DNA of 64,000 nt from Candidatus Kaiserbacteria bacterium (GTDB lineage Bacteria > Patescibacteriota > Minisyncoccia > Phycocordibacterales > UBA2100). Position numbers and translations under genes: made by a program. The notes under the pieces were generated by a model. It saw only the letters and a list, made by a program, of their open reading frames with translations, was not told where the DNA came from and did no database searches. The DNA is taken from NCBI GenBank assembly GCA_016214605.1, contig JACROD010000012.1, positions 57 through 64,056 on the forward strand, given 5' to 3'. Positions 37,067-45,734 of the stretch are shown piece after piece; the first letter of the stretch is position 1; each line of letters opens with the position of its first letter.

Positions 37067-37297
37067 ATGCGGAAATCATTCCTCTCTGTTTGTGCCATGT
37101 TTTTCTTCGCCATTACACTCCTTGCGGTGAGTACGGCGATGATCGCCGGGGCCTCAATGTGCGCGAGTATATTTGGTGGTGACCTCACGTCCGCGGGTGC
37201 TTCGTTTAAGGTATTTTTCGTCGCGGTCGTCGTGATCGGCATAAGCTACCACCTTGCCCGGAAATGTGACAATGAGACCAACCCGCCTCTGCTTTGA
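37067..37297 (+). CDS. Small membrane protein (hypothetical)
   Basis: A hydrophobic 76 aa ORF. The ORF-track start at 37058 is a GTG. The ATG at 37067 is preferred. Confidence 0.3.
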   Translation: MRKSFLSVCAMFFFAITLLAVSTAMIAGASMCASIFGGDLTSAGASFKVFFVAVVVIGISYHLARKCDNETNPPLL

Positions 37298-37365
37298 AGA
37301 TGATGATCTGCTGATCAGATAAAAAAAGAGCGCCCAAGGGCGCTCTTGAAGTTTGGGGAGATATT

Positions 37366-37656
37366 ATGTGGGAACTACCGTACGATAGACAAGGACGCCA
37401 TAGGTGGTATTTTTGTTTGAGTACAACCGATCAATTCCTACGGATCGAAAGGATGACTTCAATGGAAGCTCTAAAAGAACTCGGCAGATTGATCATTGCT
37501 GGCACCGGCGTTGTGGCGATCTTAGTCCTTGTTGTGTCAGACATATTCCTTACGGTGCACCTGCAGCGCGGACAACCGGTGGTGATCGATATCGTATTCG
37601 TTATCGCTTCCGCATTGGTCCTGACTGTAGTCGGCCTGCTGGTTTGGAAGAAATAG
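37366..37656 (+). CDS. Small membrane protein (hypothetical)
   Basis: A 96 aa ORF with two hydrophobic helices. It is followed by a strong terminator. Confidence 0.4.
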   Translation: MWELPYDRQGRHRWYFCLSTTDQFLRIERMTSMEALKELGRLIIAGTGVVAILVLVVSDIFLTVHLQRGQPVVIDIVFVIASALVLTVVGLLVWKK

Positions 37657-37676
37657 ATCTCTGTGTTTGAAAGTTG

Positions 37677-37709
37677 AAAGCCGTCCAGATGTGACGGCTT
37701 TCTTTTTTA
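37677..37709 (+). terminator. Rho-independent terminator
   Basis: AAAGCCGTC CAGATGT GACGGCTTT CTTTTTTAA. Confidence 0.8.
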
Positions 37710-38295
37710 ATAAAAAAAGAGGGGAGAGGTGAGGGGAGTTTTTACCCCTTTTCCCTGCTTCCTAAAATAGGACCCCTACCCCGGTGGGGGAGCGGAAAGG
37801 GCCTCCCCGGTTTTTTAGCGCGATCCTTTTTATACCGACGTGAGCCGATAAAGATATTTCCGAAATATTTTTTGAGGAGGCCAACAAAAAAGAGGGGGTA
37901 GACAACAAATCTCGGGAAGTGTTGTAATGATCTCGGCCCTGTGGATAACTTCTATAGGTAACGTCGCACAATATATCTTTTGCGACACATCGCTAGGGCG
38001 CAATGTCGCAAAAGATACGCCACAATGTGCAACGCAGTCTTCTTCGAAGAATACATCGCACAATGTGGCGCAGTCCCGAGTGCATGCCATTACTTTGCTC
38101 ATATCGCATTTTAGGACCTCTGGCTTCCCCGGACCTCGGGTCGGCTCTTTTTGGTCCGGGGGCTCTCCGAGCCTCCCGGACCTGATACTAGGTATGGGTC
38201 CAAACGGCCAGAGGCCCGTATAGGGCCTCAAAAAATTGCCGAGATCAGGGAAGTCGGACTTCCCTCTTTTTTGATCTAACCGGGGGAGTCAAAAA
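37710..38295. other. About 590 bp non-coding, repeat-rich region with several stem-loops (possible structured RNA, regulatory array or island boundary)
   Basis: There is no convincing ORF. There is a G-rich hairpin with a T-run (GGGGGAGCGGAAAGGGCCTCCCCGGTTTTTT, about 37770-37810). A cluster of related motifs follows (tcgcacaatat, tgcgacacatcgc, gcgcaatgtcgca, gccacaatgtgcaacgc, tcgcacaatgtggcgcag, 37960-38080). Further hairpins are ccggacctcgggtcggctc...gagcctcccggacc and ggcccgtatagggcc. Confidence 0.4.
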
Positions 38296-38330
38296 TAATG
38301 ACCTCGATCGAGGTCATTATTTTTGATTAT
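38296..38330 (-). terminator. Terminator for the AT-rich minus-strand cassette
   Basis: A perfect 14 bp inverted repeat AATAATGACCTCGA/TCGAGGTCATTATT is flanked by A/T runs. Confidence 0.65.
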
Positions 38331-38617
38331 TTATTTTGGATCGGGCTTTTCATTGGCTCGTCGGGCAGACTACCTTCGATCTGTACGCCGTTGGCTTTTT
38401 CGAATTCTTCGATCTGACGGAGGATCATCCGGCCGAGCCGTTTTGCGAATACGAGATTTGTGGCAAAGACATCCGAATGCTGGCCCGAACGAAATGCGAG
38501 ATAAAACGCGCCTTCTCGGATCTGGAGCGAGAACATCTCCGGATAGGTGCGGGCTCCGGTGTGGGTCGTCTCAAAAGGATTTTGGTCTTGATTGGGCATG
38601 GTCCAAGTATACCTCAA
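38327..38617 (-). CDS. Hypothetical small ORF (TTG start in ORF track; internal ATG at 38597-38599)
   Basis: It lies directly downstream of the 245 aa gene and overlaps its stop. The coding status is uncertain. Confidence 0.25.
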   Translation of the reverse strand: MRYTWTMPNQDQNPFETTHTGARTYPEMFSLQIREGAFYLAFRSGQHSDVFATNLVFAKRLGRMILRQIEEFEKANGVQIEGSLPDEPMKSPIQNK

Positions 38618-39351
38618 GATCCCCGGTTCAGGAGAATCGCTTTTGCAGGCCTTAGTAATTCTCCTACTGCAGAGTTGTATTCTCTTACAGAAGCGTTTCG
38701 ATTCACACTAGGCGAATCTTTCCATGTATTATAAAGTGTTCGAATCCCCGGGAATGTTCCGTTGCCAGGATAGAGACCTTGAACTATAAAATATACTGCG
38801 AATTGCTCCACTATCACCACGAATATTGGAATAATAGATTCCATAGCTTTTTCATGAGTCGCTTTTTGTTCGATAACCCTGAGAGCGAATTCCTCCATAA
38901 GATTTCCAAGAGTTGTTATATCCTGTCGAAGTTCAAGGCTATTTGTAGCGAGATATATTCTTGCCTGTTCCCTCGCAACATCGGTGTGAGTTCGTAAAAA
39001 AGTGGCTCGATCAAAGCTCTCCATTCTGGTGGAGAGGAATGTATAAGAGCCATTGGTGCCATGTGTTGCAACGATTGCACTTTGAATTTTCGAATGGAGT
39101 GGAATGATGTCATCGCGAGTGATATCTAATAATGCGCTGACGGCATCTATGCGATCTTTCCTCTTTTGATAAACATATTGATACACGGCAACAAAAGCTA
39201 ATGCGGCCAAAACTACTTGAGAGGCATATGACAAGTCTTCTAGGAGCGGTTCAAGATGATAGTAGACGGTCATCATCAGTGCAATGAAGGCCCCGATGCC
39301 AAAACCTACGAGAGTAAACACCCATTCCCTGCTTTTTATTAAAGTTTGCAT
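38614..39351 (-). CDS. AT-rich hypothetical membrane protein (two N-terminal TM helices plus a soluble domain)
   Basis: A 245 aa ORF with an ATG start at 39349-39351. GC is well below that of its neighbours (murG/gltX and others). Confidence 0.5.
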   Translation of the reverse strand: MQTLIKSREWVFTLVGFGIGAFIALMMTVYYHLEPLLEDLSYASQVVLAALAFVAVYQYVYQKRKDRIDAVSALLDITRDDIIPLHSKIQSAIVATHGTNGSYTFLSTRMESFDRATFLRTHTDVAREQARIYLATNSLELRQDITTLGNLMEEFALRVIEQKATHEKAMESIIPIFVVIVEQFAVYFIVQGLYPGNGTFPGIRTLYNTWKDSPSVNRNASVREYNSAVGELLRPAKAILLNRGS

Positions 39352-39442
39352 CCCTCTTTATAGACCCAAAATCTCCCAGAATCCAGGGGAGTCGCACTTC
39401 CCTGTTTTCCACTTTTTGCTCCGACGATTTCCTTACAACCTA

Positions 39443-40738
39443 TTAATTCGCCGGGAGGTAATTCATCGGGTTGAGGTAGCCTGAGAGTGGAGCTACCGGC
39501 ATGACGGCGTTGGCGCACGGGGTGGATTGATTGGTCGCTTGGCCGAGCTTGATGATCTGTGTCGCACTCGATACGTACACGCCAAAGTGCAGATGCGGCC
39601 CGGTGGCGTAGCCGGTCTCGCCGGTGTAGCCGATCAGGTCCCCTGTCTTCACCTCCTGTCCTTGCGAGACATTGATCTGCGAGAGGTGTGCATACATCGT
39701 ATCGAGGCCATTGGCGTGTTTGATGAGCACCCATCGTCCGAATGAATAGCATCCCTTGATCGCGTCGGTGTTGCCGGTGCCGATCACGGTGCCGGTGAGT
39801 GCTGTGTGCAGTGGCGTGCCGATCGGAGCCGCGAGGTCGATACCATTGTGGCCCTTGCCATTGTAAGCGCCTGAAGCGGCAAAGGGTGTGTTGCCGAAGT
39901 ATTGGGTGATACGCACGTTGTCGAGCGGCCATTGGAGGGTCCCCGCTCCGGCGGGCGTCACTTTGGAGAGGTCCACCGCGACGCGGAATTTTGCGTTGAG
40001 GTCGCTGAGCGCTGCTTCCATGCTCGCCTGCTGTTCTTTCTTCTTTTTGAGGAGTGCCTGGTATGCCGACTCTTGAGCCTTGGTCTGTGCGAGGAGTTCG
40101 TCCTGTGCTTTTTTGGTCGCGGTGATCGAGCCCTGCTGTGCCACGAGCGTCTTCTGCTGGTCTTCGAGGGTCTTTTTCTTTTTGTCGGTCTCGTCTTTTG
40201 CTTGCGAGAGTTTTGCTTCTTCTGCGGCGAGCTCTTCGATCTGTGCGCGGACGGCGTCTTGGATCACGGCGGTGCGATCAATCATTTTCCAGGCACTGGA
40301 AATATCCTCCGATCCGAGCACTTGTGCCGGCAGAGACCGGCGATCCTCCATATGCATGAGCCGGATCGACTCCCCGAGGCCCGCTTTGTTGTCGGCGATC
40401 GTGTGTTGGGTATCGGCGATCGTACCCTCGAGCTGCTTGAGCTGGAGCTGGGTGGTGGTGAGCTTGGTCTTGGTCGCGGTGATCGAGGCGGCAGTCTTCT
40501 TGAGCGAGACGATGATGCCGTTGAGCTTGGTTTGGAGGGTCGTCTTTTTGGCCGAGGTGGCGTCGAGCTGTGCCTGATACTGGGCGATCTCTTTGTTGAC
40601 GGCGGCGAGCTGGGAGTTTTGGTCGTCGATCTGTGTCTGTATTTCCGATGCCGTTTGCGCCGAAGCGGCAAGCGGTGTTAGGCACATGAGCACCGTCAAA
40701 AGATACGGTCCCGAGCTACGCATAAACCGACGTAGCAT
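39443..40738 (-). CDS. M23-family metallopeptidase with an N-terminal coiled coil (EnvC-like murein hydrolase/activator)
   Basis: The signal peptide is MLRRFMRSSGPYLLTVLMCLTPLAASAQT. A long Q/E/K-rich coiled coil follows. The C-terminal LytM motifs are HNGIDLAAPIGTP...DTMYAHL...GYTGETGYATGPHLHFGVY. Confidence 0.85.
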   Translation of the reverse strand: MLRRFMRSSGPYLLTVLMCLTPLAASAQTASEIQTQIDDQNSQLAAVNKEIAQYQAQLDATSAKKTTLQTKLNGIIVSLKKTAASITATKTKLTTTQLQLKQLEGTIADTQHTIADNKAGLGESIRLMHMEDRRSLPAQVLGSEDISSAWKMIDRTAVIQDAVRAQIEELAAEEAKLSQAKDETDKKKKTLEDQQKTLVAQQGSITATKKAQDELLAQTKAQESAYQALLKKKKEQQASMEAALSDLNAKFRVAVDLSKVTPAGAGTLQWPLDNVRITQYFGNTPFAASGAYNGKGHNGIDLAAPIGTPLHTALTGTVIGTGNTDAIKGCYSFGRWVLIKHANGLDTMYAHLSQINVSQGQEVKTGDLIGYTGETGYATGPHLHFGVYVSSATQIIKLGQATNQSTPCANAVMPVAPLSGYLNPMNYLPAN

Positions 40739-40739
40739 A

Positions 40740-42158
40740 TTATGTGCTGAGCCCCGAAGCTTCTAAGAGGTTGTGTGCGACTTTGATGCGTGCGAGAGTC
40801 TCGGTGAGCCCGATAATAGAAATGACGGTAAAGGGATCAGGGCTGCGCTCCGCTCCCGTGAGCGCGAAGCGCAGTGGCCACAAGACCGCCCCGCGGCCGA
40901 TCTCGGTCGCATAGTCCCATATGAGGGATTTGATATTTTCAGGATCCTTGAATTGATCTTGAGAAGACTTGACAAATGTCTCTTTGACGTGTTGTAAATG
41001 TTTTACGGTATCTGTGGGGGATCCGCCTTTGAATGGGATCTTGGTCACATCGAGGATAGGCTTCTTAAAATAGTAATCAAGCTCCCCCTCCCCTACCATC
41101 GTGCGTAGATCATTCGAAGTGCTGATACGCTCGCGGATCACCGGCAAGAGCTTTTGAGCGATCGTGGCATCCATGTCTGTAATACCGCCCGCCGCCGCCC
41201 CTTCTTTCATTGAAGTTTCGGCGTGAGAGAAAGCTAAGGCGGGCAAGCGCTCGGTGAGTGCTTCTTTCAAGACCGGCATCGTATAGGTGCTGAAGTCGTC
41301 GGTGGTCATACGTAGGAGGTATTCCCTATTGAACCAACGCAACTTTTCTTCGTTGAAAATAGCGCCATGGTGCTGAATGCCGGAAAAATTAAACGCCTCG
41401 ACGAGTTGGTCTTTTGAAAAGATTTCTTGCTCGGTGCCGGGATTCCAGCCGATGAGTGCGAGGAAATTGAGCATCGACTCGGGGAGATAGCCCGCGTCGC
41501 GGTATTCGGTGAGGGCTTTGGCGCCGCGGCGCTTGGAGAGCTTGGCGCGATCGGGGCCAAGGACGATCGGCAGGTGTGCGTAGCGCGGCTCGGTGAATCC
41601 GAGTGCGCGCTGGATGAGGATTTGTCGCGGGGTGTTGGCGATGTGGTCGTCGCCGCGGACGATGTGGGTCACGCTCATTTCGCCGTCGTCTACTACGACC
41701 GCGAGGTGGAAGAGCGGCTCGTCTATATTGCGCGCGATGATGAAATCTCCGAGGTCGGTCACGTCGGTGTTGATCGGCCCGCGCACGAGATCGTCAAAAG
41801 TAATGACGCCGCCGGGATTGCGGAATCGGATCAGATCGGATTCTTTGCCTTCGGCGGAGGTCTCGTGGGATAGGTACGCATGATCGCTGTCGATGAGGCG
41901 TTTGACCGCCGCTTGGTGCTGTGCGAGGCGGTCGCTCTGACGGGCAAAAGAGTCCCAGTCGATGCCGAGCCATTGGAGCGATTCGAGGATGTTGGCTTCG
42001 TATTCGGGCTTGGAGCGCGCTTTGTCGGTGTCTTCGATGCGGAGGATGAAATGCCCCTTTTGCTGGCGCGCGAAAAGGTACGCGAAGACAGCTGTGCGGT
42101 AATTGCCGCCATGGAGAAGCCCTGTGGGGCTCGGTGCGAAGCGGGTAATAACGCTCAT
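40740..42158 (-). CDS. gltX: Glutamyl-tRNA synthetase
   Basis: RFAPSPTGLLHGGNYRTAVFAYLFAR...LRIEDTD is the class I HIGH region. KLSKR is the KMSKS motif. Confidence 0.9.
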   Translation of the reverse strand: MSVITRFAPSPTGLLHGGNYRTAVFAYLFARQQKGHFILRIEDTDKARSKPEYEANILESLQWLGIDWDSFARQSDRLAQHQAAVKRLIDSDHAYLSHETSAEGKESDLIRFRNPGGVITFDDLVRGPINTDVTDLGDFIIARNIDEPLFHLAVVVDDGEMSVTHIVRGDDHIANTPRQILIQRALGFTEPRYAHLPIVLGPDRAKLSKRRGAKALTEYRDAGYLPESMLNFLALIGWNPGTEQEIFSKDQLVEAFNFSGIQHHGAIFNEEKLRWFNREYLLRMTTDDFSTYTMPVLKEALTERLPALAFSHAETSMKEGAAAGGITDMDATIAQKLLPVIRERISTSNDLRTMVGEGELDYYFKKPILDVTKIPFKGGSPTDTVKHLQHVKETFVKSSQDQFKDPENIKSLIWDYATEIGRGAVLWPLRFALTGAERSPDPFTVISIIGLTETLARIKVAHNLLEASGLST

Positions 42159-42194
42159 TTTTTCATTATACCGTAACCAGGAGGACTGACGAAA

Positions 42195-43337
42195 CTAGAC
42201 CGGCTCGTGCTCAATCGCGGTCTCGAGCAATATCTGCGCGATCTTTTTGGCGGCATGAGGGCGCGCGAATGCGCGCGCCGCCATACGCATGCCTTCGAGG
42301 GCGACGGAGTCGTTCATGAGACGCTCGATCTCGGCGAGTAGGAGGTGCGGTTTGAGGTTGTGTTGTTCAATCACGACGCACCCGCCAGCGCGCGCGTAGG
42401 AGAAGGCGTTGGTGGTCTGGTCGTGCGAAACATCGAGCGGTATGGGCACCAAGATCGCCGGGATGCCCCAGGCGGCGACCTCGAAGATAGTGCCCGATCC
42501 AGCGCGGGCGATCACGAGCGCTGCGAGTCCTGCCGCCATGCGCTCTGCGATCGTGTTGAGTAGGCCGAAAGCGCGGTATCGTTCTGTATAGGGAGAATCT
42601 TTGAGCACGACACCGGCGATGCCAGTGACCTCTTCGAGATTGTCGCGGCCGGTCTGGTGGATGATGTTGTACTTTTTGACCAATTCCGGCAGTGCATCGA
42701 GGATCACTTCATTGATGGCGCGTGCTCCCTGTGAACCGCCCATAATGAGGATCGTCGGGACCGAAGGGTCGAGCTTGAGGAATTCGTATCCGCCCTCTTT
42801 GGCCGGCATTTCGATCTCGGCGCGGATTGGATGTCCGATGCGGGCTATCTTTGAGCGCGTTTTCTCGGGGAAGTGTGCGGCTGCGTCCGGGTGTGCTACG
42901 GCGATCCACTTGGCGAATTTGGCCGACCAGAGCGAGACGCGGCCCGGAGTGGCGTCGGCATCATAGATGACTACGGGAATAGCTAGGATACGCGCGGCAT
43001 ACAAGACGGGAAACGCGACGAATCCTCCTGAAGAAAAGACGACATCGGGATACAGCGAGAAGAGCTGGATCGTGGATTGAATGATGCCGAAAAAGGTCTT
43101 GAAGCCGTCGAGAAAATTGAGTACGCTCGCGTAGCGCCGCATGCGTCCTGCCGAACTCACCACATGGGTGATGTCGTGCTCAAGGAGCGCGACCTTATCA
43201 AAAGGCGCTGGTCCGATGTAGTAGAGCTTCGGTTCTATCAGAGCGCGTTCTTTGGCGAGGTCTTCTACTGCTTCGGCGACCGCGATCAGCGGATAGAAGT
43301 GTCCGCCGCTGCCCCCACCTGTAAGTGCGATCTTCAT
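42195..43337 (-). CDS. murG: Undecaprenyldiphospho-muramoylpentapeptide beta-N-acetylglucosaminyltransferase
   Basis: MKIALTGGGSGGHFYPLIAVAE is the G-loop. The C-terminal GT-B motifs are ILIMGGSQGA... The ORF-track TTG start at 43361 was rejected in favour of the ATG at 43337. Confidence 0.9.
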   Translation of the reverse strand: MKIALTGGGSGGHFYPLIAVAEAVEDLAKERALIEPKLYYIGPAPFDKVALLEHDITHVVSSAGRMRRYASVLNFLDGFKTFFGIIQSTIQLFSLYPDVVFSSGGFVAFPVLYAARILAIPVVIYDADATPGRVSLWSAKFAKWIAVAHPDAAAHFPEKTRSKIARIGHPIRAEIEMPAKEGGYEFLKLDPSVPTILIMGGSQGARAINEVILDALPELVKKYNIIHQTGRDNLEEVTGIAGVVLKDSPYTERYRAFGLLNTIAERMAAGLAALVIARAGSGTIFEVAAWGIPAILVPIPLDVSHDQTTNAFSYARAGGCVVIEQHNLKPHLLLAEIERLMNDSVALEGMRMAARAFARPHAAKKIAQILLETAIEHEPV

Positions 43338-43382
43338 ATGCTTATTTATAATATCATGCAAAAAGTATGGCTCTCTCCGACT

Positions 43383-44492
43383 TTACACTCCTTTCTTCTG
43401 GTGCCGTGAGACATTGAGCAAGATGCCGGCTGAGGCGAGCGAGACGAGCATGGCACTGCCGCCTTGGCTGATAAAGGTGAGCGGCACGCCGGTGAGAGGA
43501 GCGATCCCGAGCATGGAAGCAATATTGATAAACGCCTCAATGACGAGATAGGTCGATATGCCGGCGGCGATCAACGTGCCAAAAAGATCGGATGCATGCG
43601 TGGCGACAAAAAATCCCCGGAGCGCGAAAGCGAGAAAAAGTCCGACGATCATGATAGTACCGATAAATCCGAGTTCTTCGCCGGCGACGGCGAAGATCGA
43701 GTCGCCCATCGGTTCCGGCAGATAGCTGAATTTTTGGATCCCCTGCCCCCATCCGCGGCCGGTGATTCCACCTGAGCCGATTGCGATCAAAGACTGCTTG
43801 ATCTGATACCCTTCCGCGTGTGCGCCCGCAGAAGGGTCGATAAAGGTCATGACGCGATCGCGCACATAAGGCCGTGTCATGACGAGTGCGCCGAGCAAAA
43901 GTATCGCGACCAAAGTCATCAGTATGATGTCTCGCATCCGTCCACCTGCCATCCAAAAGACCGAAAGCACTGCGATGCAAATGATTCCGAGCGTGCCGAG
44001 ATCGGGCTGCAACAGCAGGAGGAGGACCGGAAGCGCGAGAATACCCGCGATGCCGAGCAATCCGTGTCGCCATGTCTGTACTTTGGTGCCGATATGAGAG
44101 AAGTACGCCGCCGCCATAATGATCGCTGCGAGCTTGAGTATCTCCGATGGCTGGAGAGAGAATCTCCATATGTACAGCCATCGTTGGCCGCCGCCATGCT
44201 CTGCGCCGATATGGGGCAAAAATACCGCAGCCGTAAGCAGAAGCGCTAGAGCGAAGAAATGAGGAGCGAAGCGGCGCCATGTATGGTAATCAATGGTAGA
44301 TGTCATGATAAGGGCTATAAGTCCGAATCCCACCCCCAGCACGAGGTGGCCAAAAAGGATTGGGGAGACACTATTGCCGCTGCGTGCGAGATATCCGAAG
44401 GCGGCAGAGGCAAATATAAAACACCCGCCGATAAGAAGTATGGCGAGCAGTATGATCAGTGGGCGATCGATATGAGTTTTACGCTTGGGCAC
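43383..44492 (-). CDS. ftsW: SEDS-family peptidoglycan glycosyltransferase (FtsW/RodA)
   Basis: There are ten TM helices. The conserved C-terminal block is ...GDSIFAVAGEELGFIGT... ...PLTGVPLTFISQGGSAML. Confidence 0.85.
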   Translation of the reverse strand: MPKRKTHIDRPLIILLAILLIGGCFIFASAAFGYLARSGNSVSPILFGHLVLGVGFGLIALIMTSTIDYHTWRRFAPHFFALALLLTAAVFLPHIGAEHGGGQRWLYIWRFSLQPSEILKLAAIIMAAAYFSHIGTKVQTWRHGLLGIAGILALPVLLLLLQPDLGTLGIICIAVLSVFWMAGGRMRDIILMTLVAILLLGALVMTRPYVRDRVMTFIDPSAGAHAEGYQIKQSLIAIGSGGITGRGWGQGIQKFSYLPEPMGDSIFAVAGEELGFIGTIMIVGLFLAFALRGFFVATHASDLFGTLIAAGISTYLVIEAFINIASMLGIAPLTGVPLTFISQGGSAMLVSLASAGILLNVSRHQKKGV

Positions 44493-44506
44493 ACCCTTAT
44501 TCTACC

Positions 44507-45613
44507 CTATCCCAAAGCGGCCAGGGCGAGGATAACTCCTGCAAAAGCGAAGATCACCGAGAGTATCCAATAGCGCATGACGACCTTGTATCCGGGCCAG
44601 CCGATCGCCTCAAAATGATGATGGAGTGGCGCGACAAGGAATATCTTTTTGTGCAGGAATTTTTTGGAGAGGACCTGTGCGATATTCGACAAGACGGTGA
44701 TCACGAGCAGTCCACCGATCACCGGTAATACAGCGATCCCATATCCGCCGCCCAAGGTGTCGGTCATGAGGGCGACGACGCCGAGCGTGAGTGTGAGTGC
44801 CATCGTACCCGTATCGGTCATGTAGAATCTCGCGGGCGGTATATTGAACCAGAGGAACGCGAGGATGCCACCGACGATCGTTGCGCAAAAGGCCGCGAGA
44901 TCGTTTTGACCCTCGATATAAGCGATGATCGTGTATGAGGAAAAAATACTTGCGAAGACGCCGCCCGAGAGGCCGTCGATGCCATCGATGACGCCGGAGG
45001 CGAAAAGGGCGAGCGAGACAAGAATGAAAAACGGAATGATCAGCCAGCCGATCTCGAGCGGTGCGACGAAGGGAATGTTGATCGCGGTCACGTCGAGCTT
45101 GTCATAGAACCAGACGCCGATGATAAAAGAAAGTCCGATGACAATCCCGAGCCGCCACCTCAGCGCGAGCCCCGCCTTCGCGAGGCCAGAGCCCGCTTCG
45201 GCGTGGCGGAGGCCCGAGCCGCCGGGGCGTATCGTGAGCAAGTCATCAAAGAGGCCGGCGATAGCGCCGACGATGAGGGTCGTGAGCGGTATCCAGGTCT
45301 GACTTCGGCTCAAAAATGAAAGCATGTCTGTCTGTGGCGACGGGAAGAGTACATTAATGATCACGAGTACGAGTGTCGTGATGACCACGCTTCCCCATAT
45401 CACGACGCCGCCCATGCGCGGTGCGCGTACCTCCTGGTCCTTGTGGAGGCCGTTGAATACCTCTGCCTCTGAGCCGTCGAGCGCGATCTTGCCCGCACGC
45501 TTCTTCCAGGCTTTGTGTTTGTACAGGTAGCGGGTGACGATCGGCGTGATAAGCATGCCGATCACGAATGTCAGCGTCGCAGGTATCAGTATATAGATGA
45601 CGCCGGGCAACAT
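44507..45613 (-). CDS. mraY: Phospho-N-acetylmuramoyl-pentapeptide transferase
   Basis: ...MTDTGTMALT..., APLHHHFE and the multi-TM topology match MraY. Confidence 0.9.
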   Translation of the reverse strand: MLPGVIYILIPATLTFVIGMLITPIVTRYLYKHKAWKKRAGKIALDGSEAEVFNGLHKDQEVRAPRMGGVVIWGSVVITTLVLVIINVLFPSPQTDMLSFLSRSQTWIPLTTLIVGAIAGLFDDLLTIRPGGSGLRHAEAGSGLAKAGLALRWRLGIVIGLSFIIGVWFYDKLDVTAINIPFVAPLEIGWLIIPFFILVSLALFASGVIDGIDGLSGGVFASIFSSYTIIAYIEGQNDLAAFCATIVGGILAFLWFNIPPARFYMTDTGTMALTLTLGVVALMTDTLGGGYGIAVLPVIGGLLVITVLSNIAQVLSKKFLHKKIFLVAPLHHHFEAIGWPGYKVVMRYWILSVIFAFAGVILALAALG

Positions 45614-45734
45614 AAAACCATTGTAACTCGGGGTGCAAAAATGACATAGTGATGGTCTTTTGCCCCTTTATCCCCAGGTAAGACACAGAAGAGGCTTTAC
45701 GAGTTCACCGCTTGCGTGTAATGGAGGTGATACC

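Noticed and set aside
37960-38080. CRISPR-like array suggested by the recurring CGCACAATGTG-like motif
   Set aside because: Copies are short (about 10-12 nt), imperfect, irregularly spaced and in both orientations. There are no cas genes. This is not a CRISPR architecture.
38730-38760. GTTCGAATCC, a tRNA T-loop-like sequence
   Set aside because: The flanking bases cannot form a T-stem (aagtg / ccccg). There is no cloverleaf context. It lies inside the 245 aa minus-strand ORF.
39339-39932. A 197 aa minus-strand ORF (Arg/His-rich) overlapping the M23 peptidase gene
   Set aside because: It is an alternative frame of the M23 peptidase region. Composition is typical of out-of-frame reading. The M23 frame carries the conserved LytM motifs.
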